This document shows positions 1-12,670 of a stretch of 64,000 nucleotides of DNA, one piece after another. Both the position numbers and the translations under genes were made by a program. The notes below the pieces were generated by a model, which was not told where the DNA came from, ran no database searches, and saw nothing but the letters and a program-made list of their open reading frames with translations. How positions within the stretch are numbered: the first letter of the stretch is position 1; each line of letters begins with the position of its first letter. Location of the stretch: positions 2,195,405 through 2,259,404 of the forward strand of contig MU057640.1 in assembly GCA_013265495.1 (NCBI GenBank), written 5' to 3'. The stretch comes from Vicugna vicugna. Its lineage: Eukaryota.

Positions 1-139
1 CAGAAGTGAGCTGGGTATTTCGAGAACCAAAGGCAGGCCAGTGTGGTGGGAGCACAGTGAAGGTAGTGGGAGTTGCTTGGGGAGCTGGACCAGAGCTAGA
101 TCATAAGAGGTTTCATGGGCCAGGAAAGTGAGTTTAAAA

Positions 140-490
140 TGTTAAATGATGAAAAGATGTGGAGGGACCTTAAACTCACACAATGTTTTATGTCAATTAT
201 ATCTCAACAAAGCTGGAAAAAAAAGTGAATGCGTGTGTGTGTGTGTGTGTGTGTGGAAGAGATGTAATGTGCTTGTGTAAGGACAGCATGAAGGATCCTT
301 GCGGTGATAGAAATGTTCTGTATCTTGACTGTGTCAATATCAATATCAATATATCAATTTTGATATAGTACTACAGTTTTACGTAATATTATCATTGGTG
401 AAGCTAGGTAAACAGTACATGGATGACTGTGGATTATTTATTACATCTGCATGTGAATCTATAATAATCCCCAAATAAAAGGTTTAAGTT
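140..490 (+). mobile_element. Old L1 (L1MC-like) 3' end fragments with a GT microsatellite
   Basis: aaatgttctgtatcttgactgt...gcatgtgaatctataataatccccaaataaaaggtt is typical of an L1 3' end. Confidence 0.6.
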
Positions 491-879
491 AAACACACAC
501 ACACGCAAAAGGTAAATGAGTATGGCTTATGGAAAGCACCTAGCATGAATTTAAATTGAATCTGCTAAATCTAGGTTTAAAAGTATTGTGCTGGGTAGTA
601 ACCTAGCTGATAATTGAGCCCCACATCCATACCTCAGCGAGCCATATTCTTGAATCTGGAAATGCAAGAACTTCTACAATGTATGTGCTTTGTTTACTCA
701 CAGGGCGGCTATGATACCATTACTTGGCAGGGTCATGGCAGTGGTGAGTATGTGTGCATCCCTGGGATCAGGGGATGAGACTGTAGCCTGTCTGGACCCT
801 TAAAGGTCAAAGATCCATGACCCATAAAAGAAGAGGTCTCAACAAAGGATTTGGGCCAATAGAGATCTACAGTAGCACC

Positions 880-1410
880 AAGAAACATGTTTGGTCATTT
901 ATTTATTTATTAACTCCACAAATGGACACTTACTGAAAACTTATGACCACAGGAATTTCCCCAAAGAAGACAGACAGACAGACAGACAGACAATTTGACT
1001 ATACAATATAATGTGATGCATATTGTGACAGAGATGTGCTGTGGATGCTATTGGAGCACATAAGAGAGCTACCTAACTCATAGCGGTGATGGGGAGAGTC
1101 TGGGAAGAATTTCAACTTAACTAATTTGAGCTGCCTCAACCAAGTTTTGAAGGACTTCTAGGAGCTGGCCAGGTAAAGAAAGGGAAGGGTATCCTAGGGA
1201 GAGAGAACTCCATGGGTAGAGAGATCAAGATGAGAGAGATTAGCATCCAGAGAACTAAGGACAAATGGTAGAGAGATGAGGCTGGAGTGGAAAATAGCCG
1301 TTGGGTCACAAAGGGCATTGTAATCCATGCCAAGGAGTTTGGGCTTCATCCTGAGGGCAATGGAAAACCATTCCATAATTTTAAGCAAGGGTGAAGCTTC
1401 AAGATTGAAT
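880..1410 (-). mobile_element. L2 fragments
   Basis: aggagtttgggcttcatcctgagggcaatggaaaaccatt...ttttaagcaagg, an L2 3'-region signature. Confidence 0.55.
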
Positions 1411-1419
1411 AATAACAGT

Positions 1420-1660
1420 TGACACTCATTCATTTCTTATTGTGTGCCAGAGACTCTTTTGAGGACTCTCACGTACAGTAACTCACTTGATCTTTTCTAT
1501 ACTTCTTTGATTTGAGAACTATTATTAGCACCATTTTGTAAATGAGGAAGCTGAGGCACGGGTAATGTAAGAAATTTTCCAGGGTGGTTCAACTCAAAAA
1601 GTGGCTGAACTAGAATCCAGAACCAGACTGTTGGCTCAACAAAGAAGTCCTTAACTAGTA
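1420..1660 (-). mobile_element. MIR SINE
   Basis: ccattttgtaaatgaggaagctgaggcac, MIR core. Confidence 0.75.
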
Positions 1661-1684
1661 TGCTACCTCCCTGATTCTTTGTCA

Positions 1685-1828
1685 CCCAGAGTGTGGCTCC
1701 TGGACCACCAGCAGCAGCATAACCTGGGAGCACGTCTTACCTTCCCACAGACATACTAAGTCAGAGGCTGAATGGTAACAAGATTCCCCAGGTGATTTGC
1801 CTGCACGTTAATGACTGAGAAGCACTGA
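1685..1828. mobile_element. MER5A-like hAT DNA transposon
   Basis: agtgtggctcctggaccaccagcagc...aacaagattccccaggtgatttgcctgcacgttaa...gagaagcactg. Confidence 0.7.
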
Positions 1829-4548
1829 CCTAACCCCCATGAGGGAACTGGGTCAGAGGTGATGAACTGAAAGACAAATATCCCATCTAAAGAGAAATAC
1901 TGTTTTAGCTCAAGTTGACTGTTGAATGTCAAAATACAAAAAGCACTACCACACCTTCTGTAAGATTATTTTTCATGTTTTGACGGCAGAGATGGGATAA
2001 AGATTTAAAAAAAAAAACTGTGTGAGGCCTCACCATGTTGGCTAACAAAAGACGTTTGCAAGTAGAACTGGCCGTAGAAGCTGCCAGTTGTGAAATCTCT
2101 GGCTCACATTTTAGAGATTTAGAGGGCAAGGAGAAGTTTCTGTTTTCCCCCACCCCCTCCTAAAAAAGTGCAATTTTTAAGTTGCTTTTTATTGTCACTA
2201 AGATAACAAATATTTGAGGGTAGTGATTAGGGAATAGGTCTTAGGAGCAAGGGGCCAAGGGAGCCCCTCCAACTGTGTTTCTCCTGGAGTTTTGAGAATT
2301 GCCTATTCTAGGTGGCTCTTATGTGGTCTATTCAAGTTCTCTAGGATAATACACTGGGTTTGGAGCCAAAGCCATAGTTGGTAATAAAAAATAATTACTT
2401 TCTTGGTGTGTCTGGGACCTTATGGTGACAGTAGAAGGCAACCAGTCAAGAATATGGGGGCTCAGGATCTTGGCCATTTGTCCTTGTCTTTTCAGAGAGT
2501 AACCAACATACATATGTTTGGGAATCACTTTTCTAAGATATCCTGGGAATAATTGTAAAGTGTTAGAGCCTTACAATGTATGCTATAAAAATAAGTGCCT
2601 TTAGTGAGGCTTCTCTGTTCTCTAACTGCCAAGAAAGCCAAAACAAGAAGTATAGATTTTTCTTTTGCAGACCGGTAGGGAGCCATGAAAAGTTTTAAGT
2701 AGCAGAATATATATAATTGTATTTCAGAAATGTCACTCTAATGGGAATGTGAAGAATGAACTGGAAAGGGTAGAGACTGATGATCAATAAGGAGGCTATT
2801 TTAATGGTCGAAAAGAGAGATGATGAGGTCATGAACAAAATCATAGGCAGGGCTACAGAGAGGAAAAGTGAATTCTCTTTGCTTCAAACATTGCCCATGT
2901 GCATAAGATTCTAGCCCATAGCTTTCCCCTGACCTCTAGCTTTTATTCCAATTGCCCTCTGCATCTCACTATTTCATATGTTCCATAGTCATCTCAGGCT
3001 TAATGTGTTCAGAACTCCCCTTCTCCTCCTTTATTCCCTATCTCAGTGAATGATGTCCACTCCTTCACCCAAGTGAAATAACTGGGAGTCACCCTGGACT
3101 TTCTCATTCCCACATCTGTTCAGCCACTAAGTCCTTTAAATTCTACTTTCTTGATGCCCATCACATCCACTCCTTCCTCTTCATTCCATTGCTATTTCCC
3201 CTACTTAGGCCCATATTCTTTTTTTCACTTACATTATAGGCAGTAGTCTCTCCAGTCACTTACACACTTCAACTCATCTTTCATACACCTGCCAGACTGG
3301 GCTTTCTGAAATAAGAATCTGACCTTACTATTACTCTAGGTAAAAGATTCTCCAGTGTTTCCCCAATCACCTACAGGATAAAGTCCAAATTACTTACCAC
3401 AGACTACAAGCCCTCCAGTTACTGGGCTTCAATTTGCCTCTTGCTGCATCTTATACTCTCACTCATCTCACTCATTATCCACGTTATCTAGACATAGGGA
3501 AATGTTTGCAAAACTATGAATATTACAAGATACTTCATGTCTACATATTTCTGTTTCCCTTCCTTTCTCCTCCCTATGCCTCTCTTTCCTCCCTTTTCAC
3601 CCCATCTGCAAAAAAAACTTCATCTTTCATATCAGCTCAAACATCATCTCCTATATAAAACCTTTGCTGAAAATTCCACCCCACTGCCCCCCATTATTGC
3701 CTGGGTAGAATTTCTTAATCTTTAGAATGTAGTAACAGTATAATAATAAATATTCATAATAATTATTTATTGAATAAGTGAAAATAATAGGTGTGTGCTC
3801 TTTCTCTAGTTCATTAGAAGGAAAGTTTGGTTATTGTTGTTTTTTAAATACTACATCACTGTCTAGGAAAGCTTATTCATTCCCAGGGCTTCAATTACCA
3901 GCTCTGCACAACTAACCTCGAAAGAAGCTCTGGTTCTGTCTTTTATTGCTTATCAGATAGTCCAGTGGGAAAAATAAACCAGAGGCAGGGACAGTAATCT
4001 AAAGTCTATTATAATAACCTAAGCAAGAGGCAGTGAGAATGGAAAATAGGGAACAAATTTAAGAGACATCTGAGAAATCAGTTGCATCCAGGCCATATGA
4101 CAAGCCTCTTGCCACTGTTCTGAAATTACCCAATATGGCTGATGTCTGTTCCCACCTGGTGAAGGCTAACACAATCAGTGCTCACAGGACTGAGAAGGTC
4201 AAATATTTTCAGAGCACCATTTCTTTTTCCTTCTCTTCTCAAAGTCTAATGTACAGATTGGTGGGAAATAAGCAAAGTTGGGAAACAGGAGGGAAAATTC
4301 CAGTTTCTCCTTTCTCTACCAAAGCTCTGGGTCTGACTTTTGGTCTTGGGCTTCCCAGATACAACATATAAAATCAAGACTGCCAACTACCGTTAGTAGT
4401 TGCATAATATTAGAACAAAAATTTTCTTTTATGCTCTGAATTCACTATTTATGGCTTTTGGCAAGTTGGTATGCTGGACACGTGAATCCATTTCAACTTA
4501 TCAGATCTGGATTCACACTGAGTAGCGTGGCTCCAGGACAAAGTCCTA

Positions 4549-5158
4549 TGTGTGATCTGTCAGGTCTGACCACACTCAATTATAAGGCTTTGCCTGGCAG
4601 GCCTCATGGGGGAAGCTGCCCTCTCCATGTCATACTTGGTGCACAGCCAATGTATTGTTGTTTTCTGGAGGAGCTGTGGTCAAGGACTCAGGCCTCATTG
4701 GGCCAGCCATGTTCACATGTACATCTGCATTCCCAGCCTGGGCACCTCCATCTGGAAATCTCTTTGTCTGGGGCTTTGGCTGAGACCTGCTCCAAGCCCC
4801 TCCACCAAGACCTTGCTGTCAGGGACCCTTGGCTGAGGGCATTGTCCTCACTGTGACTCAATACTTTTCACACCTAGCCCTTTCCTCTCTTTCTTTCTGT
4901 AGCCACATCGGTCCATAAAACAAGCAAGAGCTTTTAGTTCAGGACTCCTTGGCTGTAAGATGGCATCTCCCATCTGTGCTTCCGTTGATCCTTGCCTCGG
5001 GCCATTCCACGGGGGAAAATGGAACACTAGTGAGCCAGTGCCTTTCTCTTTTGCTTCTTGCTTGCACTGTTGCAGTAAGGGAACAAGGAGGTTTGATTGT
5101 TATTTTCGTTTTGGCTTGTTATCGTAATTGACCACCTCAATGCCTGGCTGCTTGGCAC
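4549..5158 (+). mobile_element. Solo LTR (probably ERVL class, subfamily uncertain)
   Basis: About 610-bp GC-richer block bounded by TG...CA with a TATA-like ccataaaa near 4913. Confidence 0.5.
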
Positions 5159-7107
5159 ACATCTGCCTGGTTTCCATGGCTTTTAAATAAATATAAGAAT
5201 ATTCCATCCTAACCCCCCTTCTGTTAAGGGCTCTGGGCTCTTGAAACAAAAGCTTTTTCTTACACATGCATATATTCTATTTTTTCTTTTCATTCTAGCA
5301 AGATCCAAATATTTGAAGAAAAGGAGAATGGATAATCCAGATGCACATTAGACTGCATTAGATAGGATATTGAAACCTCTTCAAATATTTTTGCTTGGCC
5401 TGCGGAACAATGTGATTAATTTTGGCCAGATGGAGCATGATTATGAATTAGCTACATGTAGACTAGATGTGAGACACTAAACAATGACCCACAGCATAGC
5501 TTTAAATTATACAGATGAGGCTCTTTGCCCACAGTGGTTTAATTATTTTCTTGGAGGACATTACACTTCTTCATTCAGGAAGCCTAATGAATTTCATAAT
5601 TACTTTTTCCTCTTAAGTCTACAAGTGATAATTCCCCAACTGGACTGGTAAAGAGGAACCCACAGAAGGAAATATTACTGATGTGTGAAAAACTCAGGAC
5701 AGCAGTTTTTGGCTGACCATACCCATTTTTACACATACCCAACAGCCAATTGAAGTGCTTGTATCTCTGGGCCTGGGGGAGGAGGAGAGTAAGTTTCTTT
5801 TACCCCTCCTAGGTCTGTAGCTCCATTTCTTTGATCGTTCCTGCCTTAGTTCAGTCCATCATCAGCTCTTATCTGGATTGTTAGGAACTATTGCTTAGTA
5901 TCCATCCAATTCAGCCTCCACACTGACATCTGAGTTTCCATGATCAAATAACAACCTCCATTGACTAGCCAATGCCTTTAGGATCAAGCCAAAACGCCTA
6001 AGCAAATGAGATCCGAAGCAAATGGGGCCAAAGGGTCTTGTCTTTCATCACCATCTTCCAGCAGGAACACACTGTTTGCTTAAAGCACAATATACCTGTT
6101 GTCTTTTGAACAAAATCCCTTCCACTTTTGTGACTTTGCAACGGCTCTTCCCCCAATCAGAGCATAGTGCCCATTGCCTTTTCTCTTCTAGGAAAAAAAT
6201 TAGACTCATCTTTCCATACTAGTTCAAATTTTGGTTGTTGTGTTCAATATGTTAAAGGCAGAACAGCAAAATGGGGAAGAGTAAGGAGACTAGAGACTTG
6301 GGCTCCATCATTGATCACTGTAACCTCAGGTGACTTGTTTAACTCCCCTAAGCTTCAGTTTCCTATGTAAGTTGGTGCCTTTTTCCACCGCAGTGTCTGT
6401 TCTTCCCTCTGCCTGAAATGCCTGCACCTTAGCTCTTCATGTGTCTGATTCATTCTCACCCTCCAGGTATCTGCTTAGAAAGGTCACCTCCTCGGAGAGG
6501 TCTGTCCCGACCATCTCATCCAAAGTGGCTTCCTCCAGTTAATCCCTATCTCATCTCCCCACACTTCTTTTTCATCACAGTCTGCACTGTTCTTCTTTAT
6601 TTATGTACTTGTTTATTGTCTGTCTTTTCCATCAGACTTGTTGGCTCCGTGAAGCCAGAGGCTTTGCTTGTTTACTGCTTTGTGGTCTGCAACAAGAGCT
6701 GAGCAAAACAGAGAGTGAGTATTGAATGACTGGCGGCTGACTGACCAAATGGATGAGTTTGTTGAGGATAAACTGAAGATCGTCACAATTCCCTGTTATT
6801 ATTCACATTTCCCTGTTATTATTTCCATGCAGCTTCCAGGTAGTGCTCTAGCCTTCCCACTCAGCCAGGCTTCTTGAAAGCACAGTCTCTACCCAATGCC
6901 ACATTCCTTCAATCCTGAACTGACTCTCCTCTGGCTTATGCCCCTGCCATTCCACAAAAACTGTTCTTCTTAGGGGCATCCTATTTACCAAATCCAATGC
7001 CTGCTTCTTAGTCCGTGTCTCACTTGTCTGCTTGACGCTGTGAGTACTCCTTTCTTCCTGAAACTCTTCTGCTTTGACTTCATACTACTCTAGATGCCTG
7101 TGTACAG

Positions 7108-7307
7108 CAGTGGTTAGGAACTGGGGGCAGTTTTGCCCTCCAGGGATATGTGGTAATGCCTGGAGGTATGCCTCATCTTAACTGGGAGGGGGCTGCTAAT
7201 GGCATCTGGTGGGTAGAAGCCAGGGTTGCTGCTAAACATACTACATACTTCCAGACAAGAATTATCTGGCCCAAAATGTCAACAATGCAAAGACTGAGAA
7301 ACCCTAG
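7108..7307. mobile_element. MER20 hAT DNA transposon
   Basis: cagtggtt...ggcatctggtgggtagaagccagggttgctgctaaacat...aattatctggcccaaaatgtcaa...gagaaacccta. Confidence 0.8.
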
Positions 7308-7914
7308 TCTACAGAATGTCCTGCAGACACTTCATGTATAAGATGGACATGTTCAAAAATAAATCATTACTCTTTTTGTCAACTACTTATTTGTTACTTG
7401 TTATTCCTAATCTGATTAATGGCACTTAGTCTTATAAATCAGTATCTTGGGAATAATGTTTATTTTCTGTCTCTCCCTCATCAGGCCCATCTACTAGTCA
7501 CTAATTCCCTTTTGATTTTATCTCCTAAATATCTGTCATCTTTTTTCTTCCCTCAGCTACCACTACCTTCATATGAGTGTAGACATCATTTAGTTTGTGA
7601 CCGTCTCCTAAATGGACTCCCTGTTTTGAGTCTTATAAATGCCTCCGGCTCATTCTCTTTGAATAACCTTTCTAAAATGAAAGCCCAATCACATTTCTTC
7701 CACTGCCTATAAGATAAAGGCTGAGCTTCCAGGTCCAGCTTTCCAGCTTTCCAGCTTACCATGCTTACCATATGCTTTATTACCTACAGATCTGTGTTCT
7801 GGTGCTCTTCTTCCTAATCTTCTCTCTTAATAAAAACACAAGAAAACAAAACCAACAAAACAAAACATAAAAGCTTGACATTTCACACTTCAGTTTATTG
7901 GACATGATATTCCC

Positions 7915-8170
7915 ACTGTTGCTGGAGAATAGGCTCTTGCTTCCCCCAGGGAAGAATTCAAGAGCGAGGCACAGTAAAGTGAAAGCAAGTTTATTCAGAG
8001 AGATAGACACTCCATAGACAGACTGCAGGTCGCTTTCTCTTTCTCTTGCCTTCTGAGGTGGCCCACACTCTCTCTATTGAGTGTGTATCTATGTTTACTT
8101 TAAACTAAATACCCCCCGCCCCACCTCTCAGCCTCTTTCCCTCTCACCTTTTGAGATGGCCTGTAGGCAA
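7915..8170. mobile_element. ERV LTR fragments in opposite orientations
   Basis: Minus-strand LTR 3' end with AATAAA (tttatt near 7990) abuts a plus-strand copy of the same motif (ctctctattgagtgtgtatct). Confidence 0.5.
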
Positions 8171-9060
8171 GAACCTATTCTCTGGGCAACATCCCATTTT
8201 GGAATACCCTCTCCCCTGGGTCCCACCCCATCTCAACAGACCCCTCACCAGGCCCTCCTGCAAATTTCCTCCTGGAAAAAAATCTGTCTTTTGAAAACTC
8301 TGCTCTGTGCATGTGCATACTTCTATTGGGACACTTTTTGTATACATACCATCTCAAATATAAAAATCTCAGTTCAAAAATTGAAGTGTAATGAAGCAAT
8401 ATATTTTTTTATGCCACTTAAATTTAAATTTTTTGAATACCCAGTCTATAAGGTAGGAAATCCCAGTAAATTCATGGTCTCCCCCACTTATCCCTGTGTT
8501 GTGGTTAAATTCTGGGGAAAACTTCACAGAACCTAAGTTTTGGAGAAGATATAGGCACTGACCCCTCATCTCGGTACACAGGGCTCCTTCAGAGTTTGGG
8601 GTTCTCTTCTTGGCACCTGTGTCTTGCTTGCAGATACCCTCATCATTTTGCTTTTATGGGGACACACTGGAGATTGAGAATCTTTCTAGGGCTTCCTATT
8701 GCTTCCCCATTCCTCAGAATTATTCCCTCTCTGGCATTTTGCTAGCTAGCCCAGACTCCCGGGATGCAGAAACTAGGTCTGTACTCAGGGACCCAGGGGT
8801 ATTCCCTTTCTTTTAATCTTGTTAATATTTTGCTTCAGAAGCATTTCCTGTCTTGTAAAAATTTTAACTCAGAGTTATCTAATGTTTTCTTCAATAGGTT
8901 TAGACTTTTAATGGGTTTAGTCACAAAAAAGCTAATGACTCTCAAATCCTTTCTGCTTAGTCCTGTCCCATCCCCACACTTGAGGGAGAGTGAAAGAGAA
9001 TGGCCAGTAGCTCCTAAATTCAATGGTTCATTGGATACACCTGAAAAGTGCTTTTAAAAT

Positions 9061-9568
9061 TGTCAACTAAAAATTGGCACTTGCCATCTGCCTCTACAAG
9101 CATTGAATCACGTTGGCACTTGCCATCTAACTCTGCTTGGATTAAGTCAGGAGCCGCTGCAGCCGCTGACCTCCAACAGGCCCTGAAAGGAGTTGGGTGG
9201 AGATCTGGAATGGGGCACTCTGAGCTCTGGGAAAACTGGCTGAACAGACCTTCAGATAGTTAGATATTTTCAGGAGAAGATGTAATGAGCCCAAATTGTA
9301 GTGTTCCTCACATCTAGAAAAGCACTAAAATCATTAACAGTGACCTCTGCTCCTAGTGACTAGCAGCAAGCCTCTGCCTAAGTGTGATCTTGACTGCTGG
9401 TACCCCACTCTCCACTTTCACTAAAATCGTATATAGTACGGATGTTCCTCGTCGGAGCATTTACTCAGAACTATCTGAAATGCTGTCTCCCGGGCTGTAG
9501 ACCTCATTTTGTCCCAAGGAAAACTTAACTCACAACTCTCATATTGTGTTATTTTATTTCAGTCCACG
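9061..9568 (+). mobile_element. MER41-like ERV1 solo LTR
   Basis: Termini tgtcaact...agtccacg, 4-bp TSD aaat (9057-9060 / 9569-9572), MER41-type 3' end gctgtctcccgggctgtagacctcattttgtccca...aaaacttaactcacaactctca. Confidence 0.7.
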
Positions 9569-9849
9569 AAATTAAAGATATTACCACCCCCAACTCTGCA
9601 CAGTCAGCATCTGGTTTTTTAAATGATCACAGGAGATCAAGGTCGAATTTTCTGATCTCTCAGTGGTAGGCGCTGGGCAGGATTCTGCTTAGTCTCCTCA
9701 AAGTCCACAAATTCCTATTCCGGTGGTACGCCAGTCTCTACCTCTCCTTCCTTTGCTATTCTCTCCTTTCTGCTAGTCCTCCCAGCCTCTCCCTCCCCTC
9801 CTAGTCCTTGCTCTTACCACCAGGCTCTACCTCTCTGCCCTGCACCAAA

Positions 9850-10600
9850 CCCCTCCTCTGCCCTCACACAGCCCCGCCCCTCACAAGCCCCACTCACATA
9901 CGAGCCCCGCCTACCACTGGCACTACCTCCTAGCCCCGCCCCATCCCCTCCTGGCCACCCCGCCCTCTCCTCCCCTCCCCACCTCCTCTTTGCTCCGCCT
10001 CTTCCCTTTTCCTGCCCCTTCTTCCTGGCCTAACAGTCTCCGCCCCTTTTGGTTCCTCCTCTGCGTTCCTTCGCTCTGCAACCCGCCTCTTCCGTCTCAG
10101 GGTTGTGACGTTTACTCTGCGCCGGAAGGAGAGCCGCAGAACGCTTTTGGAATTATGGCGGCGGTGGATATTCGAGGTAAGCTGCGCTGTTTCCTGATTG
10201 TCTAGGGTCTGGTTTAGGGATTTAGAACTCTCGGGAGCAAGGTTCCGGTTCACTTGTGAGGTCTCCCAAGCTCTTTTGAATGTTTTCTGTGAACGACCCA
10301 AAGCTCTAATCTGGCGAAAAGTTCCCTAGATTTTCGCAGTTCTTCAGGGGTCTTTTAGAAGCGTTGAAACGAAGGGGTTGTAAGAAGTCCTGGGCTTTGA
10401 GCCCTGAGCCCTGCGGTATTGTTCTACACGCATATTTCTACGCCCGTTTTGGGGCTGTACTATCCGGGCAAAGGAACGGCCTTTGGGCAGGGAAGGGGGT
10501 GGAATTATGAGCCGACCAGGATGATCCCTTGGGACTTTGCCTGGGCGCTACCTTTTTCCTAACGTCGCGTCCCGCGTGTCCGGCGTCTTTGTGCATGAAC
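9850..10600 (+). promoter_or_regulatory. MED6: MED6 CpG-rich, TATA-less housekeeping promoter
   Basis: GC boxes (GCCCCGCC at 9871, 9904, 9933), half-CRE TGACG 10106-10110, ETS/GABP CCGGAAG 10122-10128, YY1-like ATGGCGGC over the start codon; raised CpG density. Confidence 0.85.
10155..10176 (+). CDS. MED6: MED6 coding exon 1 (MAAVDIR, phase 1)
   Basis: ATG GCG GCG GTG GAT ATT CGA G|gtaagc inside a CpG-rich promoter region; matches the MED6 N-terminus MAAVDIRD. Confidence 0.97.
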
Positions 10601-11499
10601 CCCTACGATTACTGAGGGCAGGGGTCATTTCTTTTTCACAGCTGAACTCTAAAGGTACTCAAATATCTGGTGAATCAGTGAATAAATATATGGAGACAAA
10701 ACCCCTTAATTGGCTACTTTATCTCGCGTAGCATTAGGCCATATACTGTCTTCGCAGCACACCGTACGTACACACATCCGCTTCAGTGAAACTCTGGGAT
10801 TCCAGAGTGAACGGAAAGGCGATTTTAAAATAGCTAAAGTATGAGAACTTAGTTCCAAACAGAACAGGTTCCAGTAGATTGGGAGGAGGTATCATGGAAG
10901 TTCCCAGGAAAAATTCAGGAGATTGAGAATGCGCCTGCGAATATCTGTGTCTTTTATTGTGCTTGTGGCTCTTGCAAAACTTTCTACCCTTGTATGAAAT
11001 TCTTAACAATAGATGTATTTCCATTTGAAACTTTGTAGTACTTTTCCTTCCAAGAAGTTCGAATTTTTGTACCTAGATGCAAGCCGAGATTCGCGGTTAA
11101 ATTTACCTTTCTTCTTCCCAGCAAACGTCTTTCTTCAAAAGATGTTTAATATGTTCCTAATCATTTGTACATAGGGTTATTTATATCTGTATATACTTAC
11201 TTTTTAAAGGAAGGTGTTTGAGATTCTTTTTTTTTATATTAACCACATTGGAATCTAGCACACATATTAAAAATATATTGTCACTTATATACTGTCAAAA
11301 TGTCCAGTGATCATTAGCACTTCTGGATGATGCTTTTGCCTGTTTGTCTTTAATCATAAGTGAGAATATCAAGTACCTAATTTCATTACTTGCTGATTTT
11401 TACAGAGCTGTACTAGGTCTCTCCCTTGCTCCTGAATGACAAAGAGAAACATTTAGTCCATCAGACTTTTTAGCTTTCATAACTTTTTAAATTTAGATT

Positions 11500-11890
11500 C
11501 GTTAGGGTCATTGCAAAGTGGGAATGTGTCTGGGGTGTTAGAATAACAGCACGAATGCCAGTATGGCTGAAGCAGAGTGAGAATGCAGGAAGGAGATGCG
11601 GTAGAGAGAGAATTGGTGGCTTCATCATGTAGGATTTGTAGGCGGTGGTAAGGTCTTTGGCTTTTCCTCTGAGTAAAATGGAGAAACATTGGAGGGTTTT
11701 GACCAGAGGGGATGAACATATTCTGACTTACTTTTTTTTAGGGTCAGCTTGGCTGCCAAGAACAGTGTAGGAGGGTAAGGGTGGAATTAGGGAGACCAGT
11801 TAGGCCATTTTTCTAATGACTGGAGATTTAGAGGAAGCTCAGACTATGGTGGTAACGATGGAGATGGTAAGAAGTGGTTGGAGTCTGCCT
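11500..11890 (-). mobile_element. L2 fragment in MED6 intron 1
   Basis: gtaaggtctttggcttttcctctgagtaaaatggagaaacattggagggttttga. Confidence 0.65.
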
Positions 11891-12529
11891 GTAGTGTATT
11901 CTCTTTATTGGGCTGTGGTTTTTGGTAGTCTCTAGTAAGTGGGACAGTTAATTATATTCTATTTCACAGCCACACACCATCCTCTTAATCCCAGTTAAGT
12001 ATTTTGTAAATGAACATCCTTAGATACTGGAGTATGTGTAAATCTATGACCAGTAGAATAACTTGTACTTAGCCCTATATCATGAATTAATAAACATTTG
12101 CTGACTCTTACAAATCTGGTCCTGTGCTAGTTCCTGATGAGTAACACACAGCCTCAGTCCCTTAAAAACTCAACATTTAATGGGTACGTATTTGTATTTT
12201 TGGGTTATGATACAATATTATGATTAATAATAACGGTATATAGAAACTGCTAGAAGACCATAGAGAAAGAAGCCATCATTTGTCTTGTAGAGAAAGATTT
12301 TGCAGAGATTAGTGATGTTTGAAATTAGTTTAATCTAGTATGACCATTTGAATTATCTACTAAACTCATACTCTTTTGAGATTGAAAGAGGTTTCTATCT
12401 TTTTAAATGTATAAATGTAAAAATAAGAGAAAAATGAAAAGAGGCACAAACTAGGACAGCCTTGATTAAGCCAGGAATAAGTTTGGTCATCTTAATCTTA
12501 AAAGAAATTGACTACTAGCACTACCACTA

Positions 12530-12670
12530 TCATCATCATAATTCTTACTGGGTTATTATAATGTGCCAAGCATTTTATGTACATAATCTAGCATGGAGAT
12601 ACTATTATAATCCCCATTTTATAGATGAGGAAACTAAGGCTTGGGGAGATTAACTTGTCTGAAGTCCCAT
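12530..12670 (-). mobile_element. MIR SINE
   Basis: ccccatttttatagatgaggaaactaaggctt. Confidence 0.75.

Noticed and set aside
6783..6822. 20-bp tandem duplication (others at 7727-7770, 41031-41065, 56441-56460)
   Set aside because: Ordinary slippage duplications with no spacers; not CRISPR-like and no sign of function
1..7900. Possible exons of a neighbouring gene upstream of MED6
   Set aside because: Only L2, MIR, MER and LTR fragments and short random ORFs; no coding exon could be supported
9930..10301. 123-aa Arg/Gly-rich minus-strand ORF across the MED6 promoter
   Set aside because: A by-product of GC/purine skew in the promoter; no homology recognised
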